NCBI RefSeq assembly: GCF_009914755.1
Contig: NC_060934.1
Strand: one strand, 5' to 3'
Source of the DNA: the human T2T-CHM13v2.0 reference genome, Homo sapiens
DNA length: 64,000 nt
The position numbers and the translations under genes are program-made. The stretch's first letter is position 1, and every line of letters begins with the position of its first letter. Below, one piece after another: positions 26,339 to 40,512 of the stretch. The notes beneath the pieces are model-generated. The model was not told the origin of the DNA and ran no database searches. It was given only the letters and a program-made list of their open reading frames with translations.

Positions 26339-26932
26339 TGTATTAACTGTGTCTTTTATTTTCTATGTTCTAATGCTTTCACATCTGAGGCTCTGTTGCC
26401 ATCTGGAGGAAATGGCCCTTTCAGGGTTATCCAATTCCTAGTATAGTAAACAACTCTCCGGGTAAGCAAAATTTTCAGATGCAATCCTACCAATTCAGAG
26501 CAAACACCCTCAACCTCCTCCATTCTCAGGGTCTCATCCTCTGAGCCACTATCCACCTGCTGTAATCACCCCAGGGCCAGATACTTGACTACTGGGCAAG
26601 GGACAGTTCCTGTACCTCCAAGCTCACTAAAATTATTCAAACTAGCCAGTCTTAAACATGCATACCCTGCCTCATTGTTTCTTCCTGTACAAACCATAAT
26701 AAAGACTCTAATACACTATGCCCTGCTCTCTTATTCACTCTGACACCTGGCAGAACCCAGTGCTTTCCTGTGTCCCCTCCCTGTCCTCTTCCCCAGTGAC
26801 AAGGCAACATGGAATGCCTCCTCCCCTCGGGAAATGTGAGCAACAAATTATCTTCTCAGTGGCAGCCAGCTCCTGACCTATAGTCATTACCAAAATATCT
26901 ACATAAACCATGATATTTAAATATTAATAAAA
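26339..26932 (+). mobile_element. MER74-family solo LTR (ERVL)
   Basis: tgtattaactgtgtcttttattttctatgttc...tgctttcacatctgagg...ccaattcctag; aataaa at about 26698. Confidence 0.7.
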
Positions 26933-28089
26933 CCCATTAAAAGTCACCTTAGTTATGCTGTCTCCTTCTTCACTCTGTTGCCCCACTGCGTGTCTAAAAT
27001 ATTTACAGTTTCATTCACTATGGGAAACCTGTCTAGTTATGTCATTTCATAAATTAAAATGTCCTTTAAAACAACAATTTCTAAATTATTAACTAATGTC
27101 ACCAAATGATATTTGGTGATAAAGCAACATCTGTTTAATGTATTAAGTGATTTTTATGGAAAAGCCAAATTTTTTGACAATAATTATGCTATCAAAGAAT
27201 ACATGGTTCCTTTCTCTTGGAGCCATTTATAAACCTTGGTTTTGGTTTCACATCTATTTCAAGACGGCAAAATTTACTTTTTCTCTAACCACACCATAGC
27301 AGTCTGTTTTATGAAAAACATATTGTTGGTACCACTTTTCAGAAGTATGTAAAATTTATAACATTGCTTATTAGGAAATTAAGTATACAATTATTTTAAT
27401 AATTAGATGACAAGGGGAGGGTCAGAGAAAAATCAGGTGTTTGAAACTCTAAGGTCGTGTCTAGTTATTTAAAAATATGTAACAATTGGTAATTTGTTTG
27501 CTAGTTAAAAGGGGAAAAATGTACCCCATTCGAAATAATTATTTTCTATTTCCCTGCTCAGTGAAACTATTCTGAAAATGTGAAGTTTGACCTTTGTGTG
27601 CATGTAAATTTCTAGGATTTGCATTGTCATAACTTAATATATAGAGCATGTGTTATTCATCCTAGATGGCTGTTGGAATATCTGTGAGTGTCCTCCCCTT
27701 ATAACCAGGCAACTTAACACATAAATCATTAGAGACCCATGATGATCTAATGCTTAGCGCCAGCACTTAGAATCCGCACTCACATGTCTCCTTGGCCCTG
27801 ATATTTGTGTCATTGTATGATGATCTGGCTGGTCTGCATCTTCTCTAATTCCCCAAATGTTCATTTTTGTTCACACCTATTTAATAGAATTTCATGAGCA
27901 CCTATGGTGTACCTGTTTGGTGTTAGATTCAGGGGGCAATACGTAGGGAACATATGATCTGTCCCACTTCTCAGGATGCTTAGACCAACACTGGAATATT
28001 GAAACTTGTGTTAATAAAAAAATTAAGAGCAAGACATAACTTTCTCTAATTAGATTCCAACTTGAATATAATTACATGTATTAGTACAT

Positions 28090-28320
28090 GATTTGGTAAA
28101 GCCCAAGAACAGAGAGCACAGTGTTCAGCATCAACATTCCTGCATCCGAATCCTGGTTTTATCACACGCTACCCGTACAGTCTCAGATCAGTTAGTTCAC
28201 TACCATCTCCCTCTCTGTCAAATTAAGATTTTATTAACAATGGCATAGGCTATCATGAAGATTAAATGCAATAATCTATGTACACTGCTCAGCATAGTGC
28301 CTAGTTAGTAAGTATCTAAG
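28090..28320 (+). mobile_element. MIR SINE
   Basis: ctctctgtcaaaatt...catgaagattaaatgcaataatctatgtacactgctcagcatagtgcctag. Confidence 0.7.
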
Positions 28321-30239
28321 TCTTGCTCAAAAGCCAGAGTTCCACACATAACGTTGTCATTGACAAAAGGGGGCCATTAAAAGAGGATGCCACTGTATTT
28401 GAAATGAGGTTAGCCCACAGAAGATGGAAGCCAGATAGCTGAGAGGAGATTCAAAACACAGTCAAGGGGGAGAGTTGATATCAGACCTACAGTAAGAATG
28501 ATGATATTTCCTTTGACTAGGAGGTAAAATGAACCGAAAAATTAACAATTCATAATTGTTTTGAATAATTTGAAGGTGGAGCACAAATCTGTCAAAGTAG
28601 GAAGGCGGAACTAAAATCATGAGCCATGTCAGAATGTTGGGGGACAAGTTTATGTGGAGATGGCTCCCTGGTACAGGATTGGATTGTTATGTTAGGAAGC
28701 CAGGCAGAATTAAATGGGAGGCGGACATGAGTTTGTTTCAGGGAAATAAAATCCACATTATTGTGTGTATTGTTTAGATAATATTATGAGTAATATAGTC
28801 AGTTCTCACCCATACATTCTAAGAAAAAAAAAATAGAGTTTTACATACAAATGGTAGTAAAACTTATGGGAAGTTGACCACATTAGAACAAACTGAAAGA
28901 CCTAATGACATTATACAGAACTTTTATAGGGAATAAAGGAGGCCTAGCTTGTGGTACAATGCTTGCATAAAGCAGATGCTTAATAAAAATAGAGTTAGAC
29001 ATAAAGTAATAATAATAATTGGGAAACGGTTATAATAACAGCAGATAACAAATCTTTGAAAGTAAGTGAAAGATGAAACTAACACTGTCAAAATTGAGAT
29101 TCTGCTTGCAAGGTAATTGTCCCTCTTATTAGAGTCACTAGAAATAGGAAAAAATTACTGTACCTGAGGTCTTTTTTTTTTTTAAGAAAAGGAAAAGAAA
29201 GTCATTTGTTATAGTGACAAGGACTTAACTCTGCATTAGAGAGTTCCCAGCCTCCGCACCTGTATTAGCATAATATAAGGTCTGTTATTTATAACTGAAG
29301 AAATGATGAAGCCAGGGTTCTTTTGCTTTTGTTCAAGCTGCAGAAAGCTGCAGGGAAGCCTTATCCCCAGCCTAACAACAAGCGCAAGCAGGACAGTCAA
29401 TAAAATCTTACATTTGGGGGCACAAGAGAGAGCTGAATTCACAAAGCACATTAACGAACTGGACCCCCAAGGGTAATAATTTCTCCAATCCCTACCCTAG
29501 GAAGAGATGTTAGATAAACATCACTTTGCCTTTGGCAGAGAACGAGGACTAAGAGATAGCTATTATAAAAGTGGGTGAAAATTTTAAAAAGATACCAATT
29601 TCAAAGCTCCTTTTCTTCTTTCTCTAATTGGCTTTCCCAAAACAATTATGAATATAGACCATAGTCTACACTTATTTTTTGTCCAGTTATTTTATGTTAT
29701 GTCACATTCCAAAATGGCTTCCTGGGTGAAGGAACAATGTCTTCTTTTACATCTTGTCTATTCTTAGACTATCTAGTTCAGACTGTATATTTCTAAAATA
29801 CTCTCACCAGTCCATTTAATTAAGAGAACATTCATCATTACGTGTTTGTTTTCTTTTATCTCCTAAAAGGAATATGGATTCCAAAGTAGACTAGACATGG
29901 GTTTATTCTGTTTACATTTACTCTGTGTCCCTAGACAAGGAATAAAATGAGCAATTTAATTATTCTCCTTAAAAATTGGCATAATATACACTGCATAATA
30001 GAGTTTTGAAGTTTTAATTAAACATACAATGAATCAAATGCAGTATTTGATATATGATAGGGCTTTATCCTAGCACCTGCTTCAAAAATATAGTCAATGA
30101 CTACAAAAACAGTTAGTTATTCAACCACTCCTTTTCTCTCTTTTCCTTTGCAGAGATTACAGGCTTTTCATGGCATATTTTCCCCAAAGGACCTAGGAAA
30201 GAAAATCTTAGACTCATCTCAACACAGAGGTTCATGCAG

Positions 30240-31135
30240 TATCTACCAACTACGAAGAGCTCATGAGAAACTTATAACCTCTTTGATAACTCTGGTCTAA
30301 TTGGTGTAATCAGGAAGCAAATAAATTATTACAATGCAGTGAACTGAAAGCTAGAAATGCATAAAAGATAATATTTAGTACAGAGTGGAAAAAAGTTAAA
30401 GAGGTCAAGAATGGATTCCCAAATTAGTAATATTTAACATGAGGTTCAAGATTATGGCAAGTTCAATTAAATGAAGATGATTCTATATATTTATAGGAGT
30501 GAAACGCACATGAGTAAAACTGAGATAAAACTGTAGAGTCAAACAAAACCCAGATAATAAATATCCTTTAAACAATGACAAAAATTTCAAATTTATGCCA
30601 CTGAATTTTAAGCAAGGTAGTGGATCAAATTTGTGCTAAAGAAAAAAAAACTAACTGTAATGTAAATATACAATGTATTACCTGGGAGCAACTTGAAGCA
30701 GCAAGACCAGTTCAAAACTTATTGCAGTAGTTTAGATAGCAGGTGGAATATATCTTCCACAGTGGGATTAGGAAGAACAAGTAAGGCAATTATCACTGAG
30801 AAAATGAAGAAATTGGTAACGTTTAGAAAACTGAGAAGAGGAATTTGAGTTAGTAACTGATTAACTTGGGTGATCAGGGGATGGAAGAATGTGTGAGTTT
30901 AAGGCTTTTATCATTGGAAGAGAGAATAATGCCACTTGATGAGATAGGAAGCGCTAGATAAATTGAATATATGTTGGAATAGAAAATATATTCTGCTAAA
31001 ATTATTTTCTATTGAAGATTACTCTGTGATCTTTTTGAATATTTCTGACAGTCAGGTAGTGTCATCTGTGTGTAGTTCAGAAGAAGACATGAATAAGTTT
31101 TTAGCTTTGGAATTCGTTAAGCATAGACTACAAGG
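30240..31135 (-). mobile_element. L2 LINE fragment
   Basis: gaattttaagcaagg; agaccagtt...ttattgcagtagtttaga; gccacttgatgagataggaa. Confidence 0.55.
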
Positions 31136-31145
31136 AAAACAACGA

Positions 31146-31251
31146 TGCCAGGCATGGTGGTTCGTGCCTGAAATTCCAGTGATTTGGGAGGCTGAGACAG
31201 GAGTATCACTTGACCCTGGGGGTTGATATCAGCCTGCACAATATGGTGAGA

Positions 31252-31297
<46 letters not shown>

Positions 31298-31390
31298 TTT
31301 TTTTTTTTGGTCTTGTTTTGCTTTTTTAAACTAGCCAGGCATGTTGGTGAATGCCTGTACCATCATCTACTCCAGAAGCTCAGGTGAGAA
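31146..31390 (+). mobile_element. AluJ SINE with microsatellite-expanded linker and truncated right arm
   Basis: gccaggcatggtgg...cagcctgcacaatatggtgagaccctgtctc(TC)n(TA)n...tagccaggcatgttggtg. Confidence 0.85.
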
Positions 31391-31960
31391 TATATATATT
31401 ACATATATATAAAATATATGTATTTATATATTTTATATATAATATATATTATATTATATATATTATATATAATATATATATTATAATATATATATTATAT
31501 ATAATATATATAATATAATATATATTATATATAATATATTATATAATATATTATATAATATATTATATAATATATTATATAATATAATATATTATATATG
31601 TAATAAGATATATTATATATAATAACATAATATTATATATTATATTATATATTATATTATGTTATAATATATATAATATATTATTATATATAATATAATA
31701 TATTATATTATATTAATATTTATATATTATATATATATTTGAAATATATATTTCAAATATATATTTATATTATATATATTTATATATATTTATATATTTC
31801 TATGTATATTATATATATTATTAACATATATTATATATTATTAACATATATGTATATTATATAGTATATTATATATATTATAATATATATAATATAATAT
31901 ATATAATATGTAAATAATATATATAATATACATATAAATAATATATATAATATACATAGA
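31390..31960. repeat. Long AT-rich (TA/TATAT)n array containing a perfect 34-bp palindrome
   Basis: About 570 bp nearly all A/T; 31731-31764 is self-complementary. Confidence 0.95.
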
Positions 31961-32004
31961 AACATGCAATATAACAAAATGGAATCACAAGGAAAGAGAA
32001 TGTC

Positions 32005-32808
32005 TGAAAATACTTATAGCTAGTAAAGAGATTCAATCAGTAGTCAAAAACCTTCCAACAAAGAAAAGCACAAGGCCTGTCTTCACTGAAGAATTCTATC
32101 AAATATTCTTAAAAGAATGAATGCCAAGCCTTTTCAAATTCTTGCAATAATTGAATTAGATGGTATACTTCCAAATTCATTATATGAAGCCAGTATTACC
32201 CTGATACCAAAGTCAGATAAAGATACTGCATGAAAAGAAGGCTACAGTTTAATATTTCTCATGAATATATGTCAAAATTGTTAAGAAAATACTAGCAAAT
32301 ACTATATATATAGTATTTATAAATATATACATACACACGTATATTTATAAATAGAATATAATGTGTATATGTAGAATTATATGGAGAATATTATATATAG
32401 AGAATTATATAGAATTTGTACATATTTATATATGTATATGAGAGTGTAAATATATGCATATATAAAGAGAAAAGCAAATAAAAGAAAAAAGAAAGAAAAT
32501 AACAAATATTTGTGAGGATGTGGAAAATTGGAACCCAGTGCACTGTTGGTGGCAATGTAAAATGGAGTAGGTGCTATGTAAAACAGTATGGAGGCTCCTC
32601 AAAAATTAAAAATAGAACCACCTTACGATTTAGTAACCCCATTTCTGGATATTTATTGAAAACATTTCAAATAAGGATCTCCAAGAGATACTTGCACTTA
32701 TGTTTTTATTGCAGCATCATTTATAATTTACCATAAAAACAGTAAAAACAGATTGTTTTAGGCAGTAAAAACCTAAATATATGCTGATGGATGAATGGAA
32801 TAAAAAAT

Positions 32809-32842
<34 letters not shown>

Positions 32843-33350
32843 GATTAATGATCCCATTTGCCTGAAATATATGTTATGTATATGTTATCCACATATAACA
32901 TATACAGATGTTATATATGTCATTTGTGTTTTATATGTTATATGTTATATATGTTTCTACAGATAAAACACACACACAAGGGAATATTATTCAGCCTTAT
33001 AAAAGAAGGAAATCTGTCACATGCTACATCATGAATGAATCTTGAGGATATCATGCTAAGCAAGATAAACCAGTGACAGAAAAATGAACACTGTAAGACT
33101 CCACTTTTATGAGCTATCCTGAATAGTCAAACTCATCAAAGCTAAAAATAGAATGGTGGTTGCCAGGGACTAGGGAGAGGTAATTGCATGGTTGATGTTC
33201 AATGTGTACACATTTTCAGTCATGCAAGATGAAAATGATTTAGAGATATGCTGTACAACAATGTGCATATTGTTAACCATACTGTACTGTACGCTTAAAT
33301 ATTTAAGTGGAAAGATTTTGCATTATATTTTTTACCATAATAAAAAAAAC
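32005..33350 (+). mobile_element. L1MA10/L1MB-like LINE fragments joined through TA-rich tracts
   Basis: ORF2 (ccaaattcattatatgaagccagtattaccctgataccaaa) joined to 3' end (gaggatgtggaaaattggaaccc...aaaatagaatggtggttgccaggg). Confidence 0.85.
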
Positions 33351-34150
33351 TGTGCCATAAGTAACAATTTTAAAACTGGCAATTGGACAAGCAGTAGGAG
33401 GGGGAATACATCCAGGCAAATGGAATCACTTGAAAACAAGCAGAGGAAAGGAAAAACAGAGTGTATTAGATATTTCTCAAGCATTTACTAGAAATAGGAA
33501 CTTAAAATGATTGACTTGTTGATTACATGATTGATTTGTAAACTCAATTACACTTCAAAAACAAAATCTTCACAATATAAATACTACCTTCTCCATCTGC
33601 CACCATAAGCAAAAATATCTCTCAGTTTATATTAACTCTGTTCATTCCCCTAAAAAGAGTTCTGAAAACTTGCTACTAAAAACGCCATTCTGTGTTTGCC
33701 TCCATCAATGTTAACCACATTTTTTCAAGCAGTAACAGTGATTTATTACATGCAAGTGCTGCACAACTCATTTGTCTTAAATGTGATGTTACTATTTCAA
33801 GGTCTATATTTGGATTATATTAATTATTTTCAAGTATTGTAAAATAGCATTTTATAATGGTATCTTTCTAATTCTGTATCAATTCCTAACAGTGACTTTT
33901 GCAATGTTATACTTTGCCTAAATGGTTCCAGAAACAGAGCGCACTTGTTCAGCAATAGATCTTTTTGAAATCATGATTATATGTTCAATTGCTTCTATTA
34001 ATAACAGAATCTTTCTTCTTGATTAGAAGATACTTGTCCTCCCTCTTTTGCTGCTAACATGATTATCATATAGCGTGAGAATATGCATTCAAATCAGGCT
34101 GTCAGTCATAGGTGTTGGATTCTATAAAATAGAAGTTGCCATTTGGCGCT

Positions 34151-34460
34151 CAGGGGATCAAATCTGGTTTATAGGTGAGCTTTGTATGTCTTGCACAAAG
34201 GTATCCTGCATATTATTTTATTTTTAGAAAGTGGCTAATATTTTAAAATCAGAAGATTCAAATAAAAATCTCTATTTCTTGTCCTTTGTTTAAAAAGAGA
34301 AAGAAAGAAAAATTCAGAAATTCTGAGTCTACATTTGTCTCTGTTAACAGTGAGCTGTACCTGAAAATAGGGCTATCCCTTCAGAGTGTACTTTCCAGTT
34401 TGCACAATCCCCACTACTCCCAATTATTTCTCAACTATGAACTCAAAAGATGGTTGTCCT
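34151..34460. mobile_element. hAT-Charlie DNA transposon fragment (MER102-like)
   Basis: ttttaaaatcagaagattcaaataaaaatctctattt...ccagtttgcacaatccccactactccc. Confidence 0.45.
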
Positions 34461-34733
34461 ATATAGCAATTGCACTTAAATTCTCAGTAGTTTTAAAAGC
34501 AAAGAAAACTATTTATTCAGTTCATGTCTCTAGCAGAAGTGGGACCATTAAGCTAAACCAAGAGAATAAGATATTTAACTGTAAATTGTTGAATAAATGA
34601 ATGAATAATAAAGAACTTGTAATTTTTTATAGAAATAAGACCATGCCTGTTTTCCATAGAAGACTATGCCATAATTGTTTATAGAAGTAAAGACTAAGCC
34701 TATGTATTTCATTATGCAAACCAGGAGCAAATA

Positions 34734-35430
34734 TGTGGTAGGGAAAAAAAATCCTGGATCATAAATTTGTAAGGACTCAAGAGAGGAAAAATAATGCCAT
34801 TTATACAGAAGTGTTATTTAGGTATTGAAAACCCATTCAAGTTTCATGAAATTATAAAGATCTGAGATACCACAGAAAGCAGCTATCAACAATGGAGGTG
34901 AGAAACAATGAGAAGAGATTAGAAACTCGGAAACTTGGAGTTCACAGGAAAGAAAAATCAAACCTGTGAAAATAAGAGGTTATTGCTTGGCGAATGTTGG
35001 TAACACTAATCTAAGAGAAGCCCCATTTGTTTGGGACCCAGAATTCTGAAGAAAGGGTGCTGTTAGACTGGTACTAGACTCTCTGAGGTACATGAGGAGG
35101 ATGGTTCTGCAATTGTAAAAACCTTAACGTGGAATCAACAAGTAGTACTAGAATAAACTGCTGCTGCAAACGTGACCTTTGCTAGGGTCTTCCTTATAGG
35201 ATAGGAAGCCCAAAAGAACAATAAATGAAATGCTAACAGGAGGCAAACAGAGGAAATATCTTCCTTTCTCCAGCTTTCTGGCTGCCTAATAATGTGACCT
35301 ATTGGTAGAATTTAACAAAGAGCATCTAGCAAACCAGAAATGTAGTGGACATCTAGCTTCTAGCAACATAGAATAACAAACATAAGGATGGATTTGAAGC
35401 TAGGAGACAAGAGCTTAAAAATCAGCACAG
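34734..35430 (-). mobile_element. Ancient LTR (LTR78/MaLR-like)
   Basis: tgtgg...agcaca ends; cctattggtagaatttaac...agaaatgtagt motif; family uncertain. Confidence 0.35.
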
Positions 35431-37375
35431 TTACCTAAGTAGCCATTTAGGTACTAGAGTGTTTGGGTCTACAAAGTTATTTCATATGTTTATGTCATTT
35501 AATACATTTGGTCTCTACATAGTGGCCATGATAGAGTCCATTTTCCACATGAGGAAACTGTGGTATATAGTATAATACTTACATAGCAAAAGTCATATGG
35601 ATCACAGAGTCAACATTAGAACTTAGAAATTGTGTCTACTCCTCCATTGCTCGAGCAACTGCAATGTGCAAATCCAGTAGGTAACCAGACTCCTAAGGCT
35701 AATTCATTCCATGAATCCCAATGTACACAGCAATAGAAAATCAGATGTTTGAAATTCTCACTGCTTCAATTGCAAATGATAGCCATTTGTTTGCTGATAG
35801 TTTTTTATTAAATTCATAAGAAGAAAAAATAAAAGCATGTCCAGCTGAAGTTATGGTATATCCAAAACCAATTGACTTTAATTTCCCCTGAAACATCAGC
35901 TATCTGTCTATTAAAAATCCTGGAAGAAGGCAATTCAGTTTAGCATCTTAAAGAGAAAACCTGTCATGAAGATAAGAGGTATCCTCCTTCCTACACCTCT
36001 GCCAGGAGCATTGACTGTGCTCTATTTGAAATATTATTTTCCTTACTCTGTCACTACCATGCAAGGTGAATTACTGTGACTTAGAAAAAAATGTGCATCA
36101 CTCCCTCAAGTGATGGCATTCCTTAGTGGCATCTTTCAACAAACAAACAAAAAATGGTCTAACTGCCACACATATTTGTGATGACTGCAAGGTTAACGGC
36201 AACCTTCAGAGCTTTGCAGTTGCTCTGTGTATAACTCAAACAATTCTAACTGGCAATCTGTTTTCCACAGAACACTAGCCAGGCAGGTAATTGACACATG
36301 CATTTTTGGGGAGGGAGGCAGGACATTTTGATAATTAAGTTTAATAAGCATTTATTATGTTTTAACTGCTGGACTTACAAATACCTTTAATATTCTAATG
36401 CACAAGATGGAGCTGCATGTAGGGTGATAATATTCTCTAAATTTGCATACCAAAATACAAAGAAATTTCTAGGAGCATTTAGAGAGAATTATATTTATGA
36501 TCCATGGAGTGGATTTGGAGAAACACTTAAGAAAATAACCCACCAATATCCTTAGTTAATTCTTATTAAATATTTGCCTGGAGAAATATATATACTTATG
36601 GCCAACTTTTTAAAAAAAATTTGTTTTATCTCCTCTCCCCCCATCTAAATTGTTTTTGACTTTTAGCATACAACTGTAGTTATCTTACAAAGTTCACAAA
36701 GGATTACAGATGAAAAATAGGGCAAAGAACCCTCCTAAAGTTTATCAGAGGGATTGATCGAGGGTAAATGTGTCTTCAAGATTCTACAACAGATTCTCTC
36801 GGCTTATCAAGAGTTTATCTTTCTCTTTTCTTGCTACAAACCCAGTGCATTTCCTCCTTCCTCTGAAAATATGTCTTGTCACTTGTGACTTGAATGTAGA
36901 CAGAAAACCTCCTAAAAACTATCTTTGCTTCTCTTCATTGTGTGGCTTTCCTTGGCTGAGGCACCCCTCAAAAATAGAAGCAGATTGTGGGTGGCTGTGG
37001 CCTTGCTTTCTGGACTGCAAAGAGGAAGGCAGCAGAGAGGGGGTATAAAATTGGCCAAGCTACCCATATATTTCTATTTCAAACTATTTTTACCTATCAC
37101 AGAATATTAATTCTAGATCCTAGAGGTCACTAAGATGATCTAATCCAACTTTCACCCTTTTATGATGAAGAAACAGCATGGTTACATGACTTGTCCAATA
37201 CTCACAATAAGTTACTGTTTAAACTGAAAGTAAACCTGAGGCCTCCTATCCCATCTCCCAGTTAGTGATATTTATTCACTCAGAGCCTTCTTCAGGTGGG
37301 CTGAATTCAGTCAAACTGATCAGAATGTGGTTAAAATCAGTGGGATCCAAGTCTGGTAAATCTTCAGATTCACCG

Positions 37376-38314
<939 letters not shown>

Positions 38315-38790
38315 GCTTGTATTTCTCGTACAACCATGAATTCCCATGTCTTATTCAACATTTGTGATATCTGTATCCTGGAGTTCATGTATCTCTAACC
38401 TAAAAATCTGTCCCAGTGAGTCTGAGGTCATAAAAGTTGGAGAACTCTGGAGAAGACCACGCAGTTTGAAGATTGTGAGATATGACACCAGTTGTCCTAG
38501 ACTTGCCTTTATTCTATAAAAGGAAGTATAAAAGATGGGCATTTCTAGATAAAGGGTAGGACTGCTACTTTGACCATTCCTAGCTTGCCACTGCTATGTG
38601 ACCTATACTAAGTTAACTTTTTTGCTGTCATATCCATTATGACAGGTAGGTTACAATGACCTTTTATTCGGGATCCAGTCAAAGCCTAATTAATTTCTAG
38701 AAGGAAAGACTGTTAACTACCCAAATATAAAAGTGTCAAAGAAGTGAAATCTATCTCTTTTCCTTATAAACAGCACATGTATTCTAAATA

Positions 38791-39497
38791 TGAAACTTCC
38801 TTTGCAAAAATTACCACAAAGAAAGACATCAGACCTAACCGACTCCATCTTGCTTCTAACTTTAAACTGCCCTTGTTCATTCCTGGGCATAGGCTGAAGT
38901 AATCTTGGAAAGGAATTTAGTTTATAGTTTGACTCTGAAACAAAATTAATAATTGCCCTTTCCTGAAAAGACCCCCTTCCTGCCTGGGGACCAGCCTGCC
39001 TTTGCAGGACTAACAAATTAGCTACAAGATTAGAAATTACAGTTTAGGGACCATGCAGCCCCGGCTGCAAGAGTCTAAACCTCTCCAAAATGCTCCTAGA
39101 GATAACATCACTATTGTAAAACCTACGATCAATGCTTGAGACATTTTGCAGACCCTGCACCTGATGCACCAGCTGACACCTCCCAGAACAGTAATCTGGC
39201 TCAACCATTTCTGTGATCCCGCCCACGGACAAAAGACAGCAAGAAGAACTCACTTCGACCCTCTATGATTTCATCTCCAACCCGACCAATCAGCACTCCC
39301 CACTTCCCAAGCCCCCACCCACCAAACTATTCTTAAAAACTCTGATCTCCAAGGTTTTGGGGATACTTGAGTGATCATAAAACTCCTGTCTCCCACACAG
39401 CCATCTCTGAATTACTCTTTCTCCATTGCAATTCTCCTGTCTTGAGATATCAGTTCTATCTAGGCAGCAGGCAAGGTAAAGCCATTGGATGGTTACA
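38791..39497 (+). mobile_element. LTR8 solo LTR (ERV1)
   Basis: tgaaacttcctttgcaaaaatta...cagacctaaccgactccatcttgcttctaac...ggttaca; perfect TSD AATA. Confidence 0.88.
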
Positions 39498-40257
39498 AAT
39501 ATACCAAGATGATACGGAGACTTTCAAGTTATTAACAATGAAAATTCAAATTATGAAAAAAATACAGATCATGCAAAAACAAAACTTCTGATCTACACGC
39601 AGACGCAGAACCCAGAAGTAGCTTGAAACATTCGTTCAGAGGACAAAAAATTACCATGAATTCTAAAAGGATATTTTACCCTAAATAGAAATATTCTATC
39701 CCATTTCTCTGTCTTCAAGGTTAGACGTTCTCACCCATTGCTTACAAGAAAAGGACAAGTAATGTTTCTATTAGAGATAAAAAAAATGTATGTTTTAGGC
39801 ACATTGTGGGGAAAATATAGCAGCTGGCCAATTATGATGAGAAAGGAATTTCTAGAAAAATGAATTTTCACTGAGGTCCCTTAGGTATTTGCATGTTGCA
39901 AGAGGCAAGTGTGCAACAATGGAAAAGGCTTTCAGATCTTGCAGGTGGCAGTAAAACCAAAACGATGAGTTTTAAACATAACAACAACACTGTAGTTAAA
40001 ATCTGACTTCTAATTACTAGAGGCTTCTTATGGAATTTCCCCTTCTTTTACTGTAGGTGGAAGAGAATCCAAACTGTATTAGAAATCCTGCATTTAGAGA
40101 CAGTTCAGTTTCCTGGAACTTGAGGTAAGAACAGCTTTCCTAATTGGCATCTCATCAGTCAACATTATTAGCAGCTGCCGACATTATCAAGAAACCACTC
40201 TTACTGTGTTCCCGCTGTGTGCAAGGGAATCACAGAATCAACCAAATCTTTAGACAG

Positions 40258-40512
40258 AATATAGTAGTAAGTTAAAAAGTATGAATTCTGCCATCAGATG
40301 TCCTGGCCTAAAAGCTGAACTCCATCATTTTACCAACTGTTTACGTCTTGGCAAGTTACTTAACCCATTTATGTCTCAGTTTAGTCATATGTCAAATGAT
40401 GGTGAATATATTTCTGGTATTGAATCATTCCAAGTGTTAGATCATATAATGCATGAAGATCACTCAGCAAAGCATATGTTGTATAGTAGGGACTCAACAA
40501 AAAGACACTATT
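40258..40512 (+). mobile_element. MIR SINE, near full length
   Basis: tagtagtaagttaaaaagtatgaattctg...cttggcaagttacttaacc...gtctcagttt. Confidence 0.8.
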
